Origin: Candidatus Omnitrophota bacterium
GTDB taxonomy: Bacteria; Omnitrophota; Gorgyraeia; JAHJTE01
Assembly: GCA_018830005.1 (NCBI GenBank)
Contig: JAHJTE010000001.1
Coordinates: 385,332-449,331, forward strand
Direction of reading: 5' to 3'
Length of the DNA: 64,000 bases
Shown: piece by piece, positions 1-8,871 of the stretch
Layout: each line of letters starts with the position of its first letter
Position numbering within the stretch: position 1 is the first letter of the stretch
Notes under the pieces: model-generated
Told to the model about the DNA's origin: nothing
Databases searched by the model: none
Seen by the model: the letters and a program-made list of their open reading frames with translations, nothing else
Translations under genes and position numbers: made by a program

Positions 1-122
1 CAGAAAATATAGCAAAATTCATTTTTAATAAATTAAAGGCCAAGATTAATAAGCGCACAAGGAAGCTCATAAAGGTAACTGTCTGGGAAACTGAAAGTAA
101 TGAAGCCTCTTATCAGGAATAA
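1..122 (+). CDS. queD: 6-carboxytetrahydropterin synthase QueD, C-terminal part (truncated by window start)
   Basis: Frame from nt 3 reads ENIAKFIFNKL...KVTVWETESNEASYQE*, the ENIA..WET C-terminus of PTPS/QueD; directly upstream of queC. Confidence 0.85.
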   Translation, partial: ENIAKFIFNKLKAKINKRTRKLIKVTVWETESNEASYQE

Positions 123-786
123 GAAACAGAAGGCAATTGTTCTTTTATCGGGTGGCCTTGATTCAGCAACTACACTTTTTCTTGCTAAGAGTAAAGGATA
201 TCGAATTAGCGCCCTTATATTTGACTACGGCCAAAGACATAAAAAGGAAATTAATTGCGCCAAGACATTGGCAAAAGTAGCTGGTTGTGATTATCATATT
301 ATTAAGCTATCTTTGCCGTCATTGGGTTCAAGTCTTTTAAATAGAAATATTAATATTCCAAAAGCGCGCAAGGAAAGAAGCGGCATTCCTTCTACTTATG
401 TCCCGGCAAGAAATCTAATATTTCTAAGCATTGCTGCCTCTTATGCCGAGAGCATGAGAGCAGATACTATTTTTATTGGTGCAAATGCAGTGGATTTCTC
501 TGGATATCCTGATTGCCGGCCGCGATTTTACTCACAATTAAGAAAGGTAATAAAAATTGGCACAAAAGCAGGCGTTGAAGGAAAGGCATTAAGGATATTA
601 ACGCCTTTAATTAATAAAACGAAAAAAGAGATTATAAAATTAGGTGCCAAACTTGGTGTCCCATATGCCTTGACATGGTCTTGTTATGAGGGCGGGAAGG
701 TACCTTGTGCAAGCTGTGAAAGTTGCCTCTTGCGCAAGAAAGGTTTTCAAGAAGCCAAGCTGAATGATCCCTCTAGCAAGAGTTAA
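100..786 (+). CDS. queC: 7-cyano-7-deazaguanine synthase
   Basis: LSGGLDS, STYVPARN, GYPDCR, WSCY..CxxCxSC motifs. Confidence 0.97.
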   Translation: MKPLIRNKKQKAIVLLSGGLDSATTLFLAKSKGYRISALIFDYGQRHKKEINCAKTLAKVAGCDYHIIKLSLPSLGSSLLNRNINIPKARKERSGIPSTYVPARNLIFLSIAASYAESMRADTIFIGANAVDFSGYPDCRPRFYSQLRKVIKIGTKAGVEGKALRILTPLINKTKKEIIKLGAKLGVPYALTWSCYEGGKVPCASCESCLLRKKGFQEAKLNDPSSKS

Positions 787-788
787 AA

Positions 789-1469
789 ATGAAAGACGAT
801 ATTATTGCTAAAATCAGCGAAATCTTTACAAGTGTTCAAGGCGAAGGCCCTTATTTAGGAAGCCGCCAGACATTCATTAGATTTTATGGGTGTAATTTAT
901 CCTGTCGCTTCTGTGATACCGAAAATTATCACTTTTTACAATATTCTACATCTGAGATATTAGAGGAAATAATGTCTAAGCCTCATTGTGATTTCTTAAG
1001 CATTACTGGCGGCGAACCCTTGTTACAGGTAATATTTTTACAAGAACTTCTGCCAAGGTTAAAGAAAGAAAGCTTCAAGATCTATTTAGAAACCAACGGG
1101 ACTAAGACTGATGAACTTATCTCAGTGATAGATTTTATTAATATTATCTCTATGGATTTTAAATTACCTTCCAGTACAGGTCAAAAAAGTTATTTTAGAG
1201 AACATGAGCAGTTTTTAAAAGCTGCTAGAAAGAAAGAGGTGTTTGTTAAGGCAGTAATTACGGATTCAACCCTTATTTCAGATTTAAAGACAGCGGTTGA
1301 AATTATTAAAGGCGTAGATAGAGGAATCCTTTTTGTTTTGCAGCCGGATACAAATCAGTTAAGTCATAATCTGTTTCAGAAAATAGAGACTTATCGCGCC
1401 TTTGCTTGCGAACATCTAGAAAATGTACGTATAATACCCCAGGTGCATAGATTAGTAGGATTAAGGTGA
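789..1469 (+). CDS. queE: 7-carboxy-7-deazaguanine synthase (radical SAM)
   Basis: EIFTSVQGEG, CxxxCxxCDT, TGGEP, ETNG, PQVH. Confidence 0.95.
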   Translation: MKDDIIAKISEIFTSVQGEGPYLGSRQTFIRFYGCNLSCRFCDTENYHFLQYSTSEILEEIMSKPHCDFLSITGGEPLLQVIFLQELLPRLKKESFKIYLETNGTKTDELISVIDFINIISMDFKLPSSTGQKSYFREHEQFLKAARKKEVFVKAVITDSTLISDLKTAVEIIKGVDRGILFVLQPDTNQLSHNLFQKIETYRAFACEHLENVRIIPQVHRLVGLR

Positions 1470-1473
1470 TTAG

Positions 1474-1887
1474 ATGAGAGGGAAGAAAATAAAAAAGTCC
1501 TTGAAGTCTTCTTATGAAGGCCGACAGAAAGAAATAAGGCTTCTTCAAACCCCCAATATTGAAGTTTGGAAAAATAAATATCCTGATAAAGATTACACTG
1601 TAAAAATAGAAACCAGCGAATTTACCTGTATTTGCCCTAAGACTGGTTTGCCTGATTTTGCCACCATAACTATCGAATACAAGCCGGATAAATTCTGTCT
1701 GGAATTGAAATCGTTTAAGATGTATTTGACATTTTTTCGCCAGATTGGTATATTTCATGAGCATGTGATAAATAAGATTTTTGACGATTTATTAGCAGCC
1801 TGTCGACCAAAAGAGATGACGATTATCATGGTTTTTAATGCCCGGGGCGGGATTACTACAACTGTTAAACGGGAGTATAAGCCGTGA
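1474..1887 (+). CDS. queF: preQ0 reductase (short type)
   Basis: EFTCICPKTGLPDF, ELKSFKMY, HE, ARGGI. Confidence 0.95.
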   Translation: MRGKKIKKSLKSSYEGRQKEIRLLQTPNIEVWKNKYPDKDYTVKIETSEFTCICPKTGLPDFATITIEYKPDKFCLELKSFKMYLTFFRQIGIFHEHVINKIFDDLLAACRPKEMTIIMVFNARGGITTTVKREYKP

Positions 1888-2723
1888 GAATTATTGATAG
1901 TAGGAAGATTAAAGAAGCTGTTAGTGATTTAGCAATAAAGGCAAATATAAATTTGCGGCCCGATGTATTAGACGCTCTCAAAAAAAGATTTAAATCTGAG
2001 AGAAAGAAAGAAGCGCGTTGCGCTTTAGGCTATATTATTGACAATGCCAGGATTGCTAAAAAAGAACATCTTGCAATCTGTCAGGATACAGGCCTGCCTG
2101 TAGTCTTCATAGATTTGGGAGATCAAGTCCACGTTAGGGGGAACCTTAATAACGCAGTCCAGGCTGGAATCAGCGATGGCTATAGAAAAGCGCGTCTGCG
2201 TCAATCTGTTATTTTAGACCCTTTAAGGCAGAGTATTAAAACTGATTTTGTGCCTGCGTTAGTCAATGTGCGAATCCTGAAGGGAAAGCGCATGGGCCTG
2301 GCAGTATTACCTAAAGGATTTGGCTGTGAAAATAAAGCTGCTTGTTTTATGTTTAATCCCACAACCGATATAGAAAATATTATTGATTGGATTATAGACG
2401 TAACTAAACGCGCAGGTCCTGATGCCTGCCCACCCTATGTTTTAGGCGTAGGTATTGGAGGTACTGCTGATGAAGCAGCGCGCCTGGCAAAACATGCACT
2501 TTTGCGGCCCATCAATAAGAAAAATCAAGATAAATTCCTATCTAGGTTAGAAAAAAAGCTCTTAGATAAGATAAACCGCAGCGGAATTGGCGCTTTTGGC
2601 TTGGGAGGTAATACGACTGCACTAGGAGTTAATATAGAAACAGCACCTACTCATATTGCGGGCTTGCCGGTTGCGGTTAATGTCAGCTGTCATGCCTTAA
2701 GAAGCGCCAGGAAAATTTTATAA
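1884..2723 (+). CDS. Fe-S fumarate/tartrate hydratase alpha subunit
   Basis: ICQDTG, PKGFGCEN, ACPP, THIAGLPVAVNVSCHALR. Confidence 0.92.
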   Translation: MRIIDSRKIKEAVSDLAIKANINLRPDVLDALKKRFKSERKKEARCALGYIIDNARIAKKEHLAICQDTGLPVVFIDLGDQVHVRGNLNNAVQAGISDGYRKARLRQSVILDPLRQSIKTDFVPALVNVRILKGKRMGLAVLPKGFGCENKAACFMFNPTTDIENIIDWIIDVTKRAGPDACPPYVLGVGIGGTADEAARLAKHALLRPINKKNQDKFLSRLEKKLLDKINRSGIGAFGLGGNTTALGVNIETAPTHIAGLPVAVNVSCHALRSARKIL

Positions 2724-2726
2724 ATT

Positions 2727-3266
2727 ATGAAAAAGATTACGCTACCTTTTGATAGTAAAACGCTGACTCATCTTGAGGCAGGAGAAGAATTGTCTCTGAG
2801 CGGTATTATTTATACTGCAAGAGACCAGGCGCACAAAAGATTAGTGGCATTATTAAAGAAGAGAAAGAAATTGCCTATTGATTTGAAAACCTCGGTTATT
2901 TATTATTGTGGACCTAATCCAGGCAAAGGAAAATTTGCGCTTGGTGCCTGTGGTCCGACAACGAGTAGCAGGATGGATAAATTGACTCTACCGCTTTTGA
3001 AATCAGGATTGAAGGCTGTAATCGGCAAAGGTAGACGCTCAGAGGAAGTTCGTAGAGGCCTTAAAAAGACTAATGGTGTGTATCTGCTTGCGCCATCAGG
3101 ATGTGGTGCGTTATTAGCTAAAAAGGTAAGAAATGCAAAGGTAGTGGCTTTTTCTGATTTGAAGTCAGAGGCAATATTTAAACTTAAGGTGTGCGATTTT
3201 CCGGTGATTGTGGGCATAAATAGTCATGGAAAAGATATATACGATAGGAAGGAATTACAATGTTAA
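2727..3266 (+). CDS. Fe-S fumarate/tartrate hydratase beta subunit
   Basis: TARDQAHKR, GPTTSSRMD, IGKG. Confidence 0.92.
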   Translation: MKKITLPFDSKTLTHLEAGEELSLSGIIYTARDQAHKRLVALLKKRKKLPIDLKTSVIYYCGPNPGKGKFALGACGPTTSSRMDKLTLPLLKSGLKAVIGKGRRSEEVRRGLKKTNGVYLLAPSGCGALLAKKVRNAKVVAFSDLKSEAIFKLKVCDFPVIVGINSHGKDIYDRKELQC

Positions 3267-3973
3267 GAGAAAATAATCGTGGGTTGAAAAATTTAAGAAA
3301 GATTACAATTCAGCGTAATTATTCAAAATATGCTGAAGGCTCTTGTCTTATTGAACTAGGAAATACACGTCTAGTCTGTACTGTAAGTGTTGATAATACT
3401 GTTCCGCCTTTTTTAAGAGATACAGGTACGGGTTGGGTCACAGCCGAATACGGCATGTTACCGCGTTCTTGTAACGTGCGTTTGAGCCGAGATAAAATGT
3501 CGGGCCGGACTTACGAGATTCAGAGGCTCATCGGTAGATCTTTACGAGCTGTCATAGATATGAATAGGCTGGGAGAGAGGACGTTACGCATTGATTGCGA
3601 TGTAATACAGGCTGATGGCGGTACGCGAACCGCAGCCATTAGCGGTGCTTTTGTTGCTTTAGTTGATGCCTTAGATGGCCTGAAAAGACAGGGCGTATTT
3701 CGCAAATTACCAATAAAGGATTATTTAGCAGCAACGAGCGTGGGCAAGATTGGCAGCGATATATTGTTGGATTTAAGCTATGAAGAGGACTCGAAGGCAG
3801 ATGTAGACATGAACGTAGTTATGACCGGAAGTGGTGAATTTGTTGAAGTGCAGGCAACTGGTGAGAATTCATCCTTCAGCCGCAAAGAAATAGATGCCTT
3901 TTTGCAGCTTGCTAAAGAAGGCATTGATGAGATAATCCAGATTCAGAAGAAGACCTTAGCTAATGTTATCTAA
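3260..3973 (+). CDS. rph: Ribonuclease PH
   Basis: GWVTAEYGMLP, EIQRLIGRSLR, DCDVIQADGGTRTA. Confidence 0.97.
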   Translation: MLRENNRGLKNLRKITIQRNYSKYAEGSCLIELGNTRLVCTVSVDNTVPPFLRDTGTGWVTAEYGMLPRSCNVRLSRDKMSGRTYEIQRLIGRSLRAVIDMNRLGERTLRIDCDVIQADGGTRTAAISGAFVALVDALDGLKRQGVFRKLPIKDYLAATSVGKIGSDILLDLSYEEDSKADVDMNVVMTGSGEFVEVQATGENSSFSRKEIDAFLQLAKEGIDEIIQIQKKTLANVI

Positions 3974-4583
3974 GTTGGAGTTACTAGTAGCAACGCGCAA
4001 CAGGAAAAAGTTTAGAGAGATAAAGCAATTGCTTAAGCCTAGTCGCTTTAGACTTAGCTCTTTGGCAGATTTTGCGAATCTTCCCAAGGTTAAAGAGACG
4101 GGAAAAAGCTTTAAGGAGAATGCCGAGAAAAAAGCACGTCAGATTTCTCGTTTAACCTCTAGGCTGACATTGGGTGAAGATTCTGGTCTATGCGTTAATG
4201 CCCTGGGTGGGGCTCCCGGGATTTATTCCTCGCGCTTTGCAGGATTACATAAGTCTGACGAAGACAACAATAATAAATTATTAAGAAAACTAGACTGTTT
4301 GCCACTTTCGGAGAGAAAGGCGCACTATGTATGCGCTATTGCCTTAGCCTATAAAGGAAAGATATTGGCAAGCTTCGAAGGTAGGTGTCATGGCCTTATT
4401 GGGTTTAAGAAGAGGGGTTCATCTGGTTTTGGTTATGACCCTGTATTTATAATTCCTCATCGTAATAAGACATTTGCTCAGCTTGGCCTAAAGGTAAAAC
4501 ACACGATGAGTCATCGCAGAAAGGCAATCAGAAAATTAAAAGCATTTTTAAGGAAGGCCGAAGATATCCTTAAAAGGTTTTAA
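3963..4583 (+). CDS. rdgB: dITP/XTP pyrophosphatase (Ham1 family)
   Basis: ATRNRKK, EDSGL, GFGYDPVF, SHR; follows rph. Confidence 0.95.
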   Translation: MLSKLELLVATRNRKKFREIKQLLKPSRFRLSSLADFANLPKVKETGKSFKENAEKKARQISRLTSRLTLGEDSGLCVNALGGAPGIYSSRFAGLHKSDEDNNNKLLRKLDCLPLSERKAHYVCAIALAYKGKILASFEGRCHGLIGFKKRGSSGFGYDPVFIIPHRNKTFAQLGLKVKHTMSHRRKAIRKLKAFLRKAEDILKRF

Positions 4584-7079
4584 GATATCTAGTTGGAGTT
4601 TTTTCGGCATAATCTTATATTCGGGTTGTTTTAAACTGCCACTTACTTTCACAACAAGATATTTGTTTATTTCGGCAAAAATATTCGTTATTAGTTTTCT
4701 TAGATCTGCCGAGTGTTCAATATATTCTTCGCTGAATTCACAATAGACGTCAAAATTAAGCATTCCATCAAAACCTAACCAGCCTTCTGCAGCTAGATTC
4801 ATTTGCGGACTTGCAAGAGTTAAATCTTGCGTAGAGATACGCTTATCAGCAATCCTGAATGTGGCCTCACCCTCATTAAAATTAATGCGGGAAAACTCCG
4901 GAAGTAGCAAAATCTCCCCTAGGCCTTTAAGTAATTTTAACTCCCAGATCTTGCCTTCTTTTATATTAAGTTCACCCTCACCGGATAAGGTTTCAATTAT
5001 TGGCCTTTTTGCATTTAGTATAGCTTTGGCTGAAAGTATGCCGCTGATATCTTTATCTTTAAAGGCCGTATCGCTTTTTAGTTTTGCAAGATCAACATTT
5101 TGGATATCAACGTCCAAATCTAACTGGAAGGTCTCAGGTAGAATTTCGCCTTTACCTTTAAGTTTAAAGTTCCCTCCATAGAGATTACCAAAAAATGAAA
5201 GCTTCTTTATTATGTTATTTGTTTGTTTATAGCTCAGTTGTAACTTATCTAGGTTAAGTCTAGCAACCTTTAGTGATTCGGATTCAGCATTTAAAGTTAA
5301 GGCCCAGTCCGTAAAGCTAAGAAGGGGGCCTTGAATTTGTGTCTCTAGATTAATATTTCCTTTTGGCCCAAGTTGTTTCAGCGTTTCCTCGAATTGTGGT
5401 AGCCAGTGTATGAGGTTGGAGGTCTCTAATTTTATTTTCGTATTTAAACTAATTCTCGATTCCTCTCCTTCGCTAAAATACACAACACCGTCTGCAATTA
5501 AGGTTGAGTCAAAAGAGCTTATACTTAAGTTTTCGATTTCTGCATTTTCTTTGTTTAAGGAGACTTGCGTGCGTAGATTTAGAAGCGGCGAAGACACATT
5601 AAATTTTAGTTTCGGCGCATTGAAGTCTTCAACAACCCCTGAGGTATTAAAATCCTGATTGTAAATAGAAAAGTTAATATCCTTCCAATTCAGGGCTGTT
5701 TCATTCAGGATAAGACTCCCATTTATATTTGAGATTTCGTTTTTTAAAGCCCTTAGTTTTAAATTCAGATCAAACAGCTCTGCATTAACAGTAAATTTTT
5801 TATTCTCAAGTTTAGCAGGTTGCCCCATTGTTGCTTCCAGATGAGCCCTCAGGTTTAGTTTTCCGGAAATTTCCTCTATTGTTTTTAAGGTTTCCTCGGG
5901 AAGAAAAATACTTAATTCTTCTGTATCTAATTTTTCAGAATAGACGTCCAATGTTAAAGGTGAGGCTCCAGCATTCTTCTGAAGCGGCATTAAAGGAATT
6001 TTTGCTGTTGCCTTTAGCTTATTTTCCTGCCAGAGACCTTCAAATTCTTCTAATGATGCATAATTATCTTTGATGCTAAATTTTGCCCTAATCTTCTTCA
6101 GGGAATTAAGGAATTTTAAGCCATTTATTTCTGTATCTCGGAACTCGACATCTCCGGATAAAGATGAAATATTTGGATTTTCAAACGCTGATTCTATTGA
6201 GGAGTTTAAAGATAGCTTTAGTTTTCCCCTAGAGGATATATCAAGGCTATCAACATCAAAATTTTCTATTTGTGCATCGCTTGAAATAGTGAGAGTTTTA
6301 CTGGAGAGGGAGTAATCTAGATTTGCTTTCATGTTTTCCAGGTTAAAACTTTTGATATTTGTGTTAGGCATATTGAAATATCGCCAGATATCTGCCAGCT
6401 CGATATCCTTTGTCTCAGTTTTGATTGTAATTGCTTGCTCTTTGAGATTTATTTCTCCTTCAGCAAAGATTCTGCCTTCGCTAGTTAAATTACTTCCAAC
6501 ATCTGAGCTTAATCTAAAGACGATATTCTCTAGATTGCCAGGATTTATATCGAGGTTGAAGTTTCTAAATTCTTTGTTTATACTAGGTGTAATAGCATTA
6601 TCTTGAACGAAGACCTTACCGGATATAACCTTAATTTTTGACAATACAAGCGGCAGTTTAGATTTACCCTCAGTCGTCCCTTTCTTTAGGAATTCCTGTA
6701 TGTTCCAAGTTTCTTTATCGCCTCTTTGGAGCTTGATAGATGGTCCGTTAATGTATAAGGTGGGGATAATTATGCGTTTTCCTTCTAGTGAGGGGAAAAG
6801 CATTATATTGAAGCGGACTTGCTCTACGGTAATAGGTCCATCTTTTGGTTCCTGGCCTTCTTCAAATAAAGAGATATCTTCTATAACAACCCCTTTTAAT
6901 ATTTCATAGGAGATACTCTTGATTCTTATTTTAAGATTAGTGTGTTTTATGACTGAATCTTCGATGAGAACTTTTAAGGTCTTAGGAACATAAGTATCTT
7001 TTAAGTAGAAGTAGCCTAGAATAAGGAGGGTAAATATAACTAGACTTACAAGGAGAGAGATAATTAGAACTTTTTTCAT
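4548..7079 (-). CDS. AsmA-family / DUF748 envelope protein
   Basis: N-terminal TM anchor, long beta-rich body, AsmA-like C-terminus (V.GSLKQP). Confidence 0.75.
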   Translation of the reverse strand: MKKVLIISLLVSLVIFTLLILGYFYLKDTYVPKTLKVLIEDSVIKHTNLKIRIKSISYEILKGVVIEDISLFEEGQEPKDGPITVEQVRFNIMLFPSLEGKRIIIPTLYINGPSIKLQRGDKETWNIQEFLKKGTTEGKSKLPLVLSKIKVISGKVFVQDNAITPSINKEFRNFNLDINPGNLENIVFRLSSDVGSNLTSEGRIFAEGEINLKEQAITIKTETKDIELADIWRYFNMPNTNIKSFNLENMKANLDYSLSSKTLTISSDAQIENFDVDSLDISSRGKLKLSLNSSIESAFENPNISSLSGDVEFRDTEINGLKFLNSLKKIRAKFSIKDNYASLEEFEGLWQENKLKATAKIPLMPLQKNAGASPLTLDVYSEKLDTEELSIFLPEETLKTIEEISGKLNLRAHLEATMGQPAKLENKKFTVNAELFDLNLKLRALKNEISNINGSLILNETALNWKDINFSIYNQDFNTSGVVEDFNAPKLKFNVSSPLLNLRTQVSLNKENAEIENLSISSFDSTLIADGVVYFSEGEESRISLNTKIKLETSNLIHWLPQFEETLKQLGPKGNINLETQIQGPLLSFTDWALTLNAESESLKVARLNLDKLQLSYKQTNNIIKKLSFFGNLYGGNFKLKGKGEILPETFQLDLDVDIQNVDLAKLKSDTAFKDKDISGILSAKAILNAKRPIIETLSGEGELNIKEGKIWELKLLKGLGEILLLPEFSRINFNEGEATFRIADKRISTQDLTLASPQMNLAAEGWLGFDGMLNFDVYCEFSEEYIEHSADLRKLITNIFAEINKYLVVKVSGSLKQPEYKIMPKKLQLDILKPFKDIFGLP

Positions 7080-7163
7080 AAGTGCGTAGAAATAAAAGGA
7101 TTAAATGTAATTCCAACAAATTATAACTAATCAATCAGGCTAAAGCAAGCCTTTTCTAATAAG

Positions 7164-7192
7164 TTGAAAAGAAAAAAATTGCATGTTATAAT
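7164..7192 (+). promoter_or_regulatory. sigma70-type promoter of the tRNA cluster
   Basis: TTGAAA-17nt-TATAAT ending 10 nt before tRNA-Pro. Confidence 0.7.
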
Positions 7193-7202
7193 AATGGCCT
7201 TA

Positions 7203-7277
7203 CGGGGCGTGGCTCAGTTTGGCTAGAGCGCCTGCTTTGGGAGCAGGAAGTCACAGGTTCAAGTCCTGTCGCCCCGA
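7203..7277 (+). tRNA. tRNA-Pro(TGG)
   Basis: Cloverleaf with CGGGGCG/CGCCCCG acceptor, CCTGC-tttggga-GCAGG anticodon arm, GGTTCAAGTCC T arm; CCA not encoded. Confidence 0.97.
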
Positions 7278-7359
7278 TTAGAATATAATGTTATTTATTA
7301 GATGGTTGGAAAACTGATTCAATAGCTGACCTCTAATAAATAAGTTCTTTAAACTGTGG

Positions 7360-7670
7360 GCGCCCGTAGCTCAATAGGATAGAGCATCTGCCTTTCAAGT
7401 GACCCCGAGCGTAAGCGCGGGATAAACATGGGAGCCTTCATAGGGAAATGAACCTGTGGAGTGGACGTCGCTAATTCGGTAGATACCCTATTTTTTTTGG
7501 GGTAATACCGAGCTATCCTTAAGTAATGGGGAAAGTGTAGAGACTTTACACGGCGAGGCTGAGATGCCTAAGATAAAGTCCGGCCAGCAAGCTCGAAAAG
7601 AGTGGTCAAGGAAACTTGATGCTGGATGCTAAGCAGAGGGTTGCCCGTTCGATTCGGGCCGGGCGCACCA
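7360..7670 (+). tRNA. tRNA-Arg(TCT), intron-containing (exons 7360-7394 and 7629-7670)
   Basis: Joined exons give GCGCCCG...TCTGC-cttctaa-GCAGA...GTTCGATTC...CGGGCGC-A-CCA. Confidence 0.92.
7395..7628 (+). ncRNA. Group I intron (IC3-like, no ORF) in the tRNA-Arg anticodon
   Basis: Exon ends in U, intron ends in G; core motifs AATTCGGTAGATACCC (P), GGTAATACCGAGCT (Q), GTAGAGACT (R), AAGATAAAGTCC (S); P3 CGTCG/CGGCG; IGS-like GAGCCTT. Confidence 0.9.
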
Positions 7671-7682
7671 TATTTTAGAAAA

Positions 7683-8786
7683 ATGAGAATAATAGTTAAG
7701 ATTCTGGTAATTTTTCTGATAATCTTCGTCCTGCTTCTTGTTTCTTCTTATTTAATCTTAAGTATTCGCGGCAGGGAGATAATCGAACAGCAGTTGTCAA
7801 AGACAATTGATGCCCCAGTAAGCTTAGAAAATATCTCTTTGGGTTTTCCTGATACAATTAAGATTGAAAATTTAGAAATAAAAGACTTCTTAAAAACTAG
7901 TTTAAAGCTTAAACTAAATCCTTTAGGCTTATTCAGCGGCAAAGTAATACTAAACAACATTACCATTGATAAGCCGCAATTAGTTTTAAGGAGAGAAAAT
8001 GATGGCTCCTTAAAGATCCCTTTTAAGCGACAAGCAGGTACTGCCAGCCCAAAACAATTACCCATTATTTTAGGCTTAGATATACGCGATGGACATGTTT
8101 TTTTTATTGATAGCTCGCAAGATGATTACCGTCTCAATATTTACGACTTAGATGTTAAAGTACATAAGAGATCAATAGATTTGAAGCCGATATTTAATTT
8201 TGATGTTTCTGCCCAACTTGGTGAGAAGGCAAAGAACGGTAAAAATTTTGCTTCGGAAGGCTGGATAGATTTTTTCAAGAAAGACATGCAGGGCAATTTG
8301 GAAATTAAAGATTTTTATACTGACGACATTTTGCCGATTTATAATCGCTTATTAGGTAAGAACATTTCAGGGGCTACATTAGATTTTCAGGCAAAAATGA
8401 ACGCAGAGGATAATGATCTTAAGATTGATTGTCATCTGCTATTATCTGGAATCAAGACTCAAGAAGAGTCTGGGGCAGAAGGTAAAAATCATAAAGATAT
8501 TTTAGTTTTTTCCGAGCTGCTTGATATATTCTCAAACCCCGAAGGTAAGATTGAATTAGATTTTGTTATCCATACTAAATTGGATAATCCTAGATTTGAT
8601 AAGGTTGATTTTGGGGCAAGTCTCCTTAAGGCCGCAGCAAAAAATATCTTATCCAAACCCCAGGAAGAGATCACCTCCAGCGTAGAAGAGATAGGTAAGG
8701 ATATAAAAGATTGGGGAAAAGAGAAAGGGAAAGAACTTCTTAAAACAGAGGGCCTTAAGGATATAATTGATATATTCGGCAAATAA
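7683..8786 (+). CDS. DUF748/AsmA-like protein (start corrected from 7626 to ATG 7683)
   Basis: N-terminal TM helix followed by AsmA-like domain; the longer ORF would overlap tRNA-Arg. Confidence 0.7.
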   Translation: MRIIVKILVIFLIIFVLLLVSSYLILSIRGREIIEQQLSKTIDAPVSLENISLGFPDTIKIENLEIKDFLKTSLKLKLNPLGLFSGKVILNNITIDKPQLVLRRENDGSLKIPFKRQAGTASPKQLPIILGLDIRDGHVFFIDSSQDDYRLNIYDLDVKVHKRSIDLKPIFNFDVSAQLGEKAKNGKNFASEGWIDFFKKDMQGNLEIKDFYTDDILPIYNRLLGKNISGATLDFQAKMNAEDNDLKIDCHLLLSGIKTQEESGAEGKNHKDILVFSELLDIFSNPEGKIELDFVIHTKLDNPRFDKVDFGASLLKAAAKNILSKPQEEITSSVEEIGKDIKDWGKEKGKELLKTEGLKDIIDIFGK

Positions 8787-8793
8787 GATAAAT

Positions 8794-8871
8794 GGTGGGT
8801 GTAGCTCAGCTGGATAGAGCACTTGATTGTGGTTCAAGTGGTCGCGGGTTCAAATCCCGTCACCCACCCCA
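8794..8871 (+). tRNA. tRNA-His(GTG), integration target
   Basis: G-1 followed by GTGGGTG/CACCCAC acceptor, CTTGA-ttgtggt-TCAAG anticodon arm, encoded CCA. Confidence 0.97.

Noticed and set aside
7287-7343. Inverted repeat TTATTTATTAGA...TCTAATAAATAA between tRNA-Pro and tRNA-Arg
   Set aside because: Single AT-rich hairpin, most simply a spacer or processing structure; no further support
7626-7682. N-terminal extension of the DUF748 ORF
   Set aside because: Overlaps tRNA-Arg exon 2; ATG 7683 gives a normal TM start
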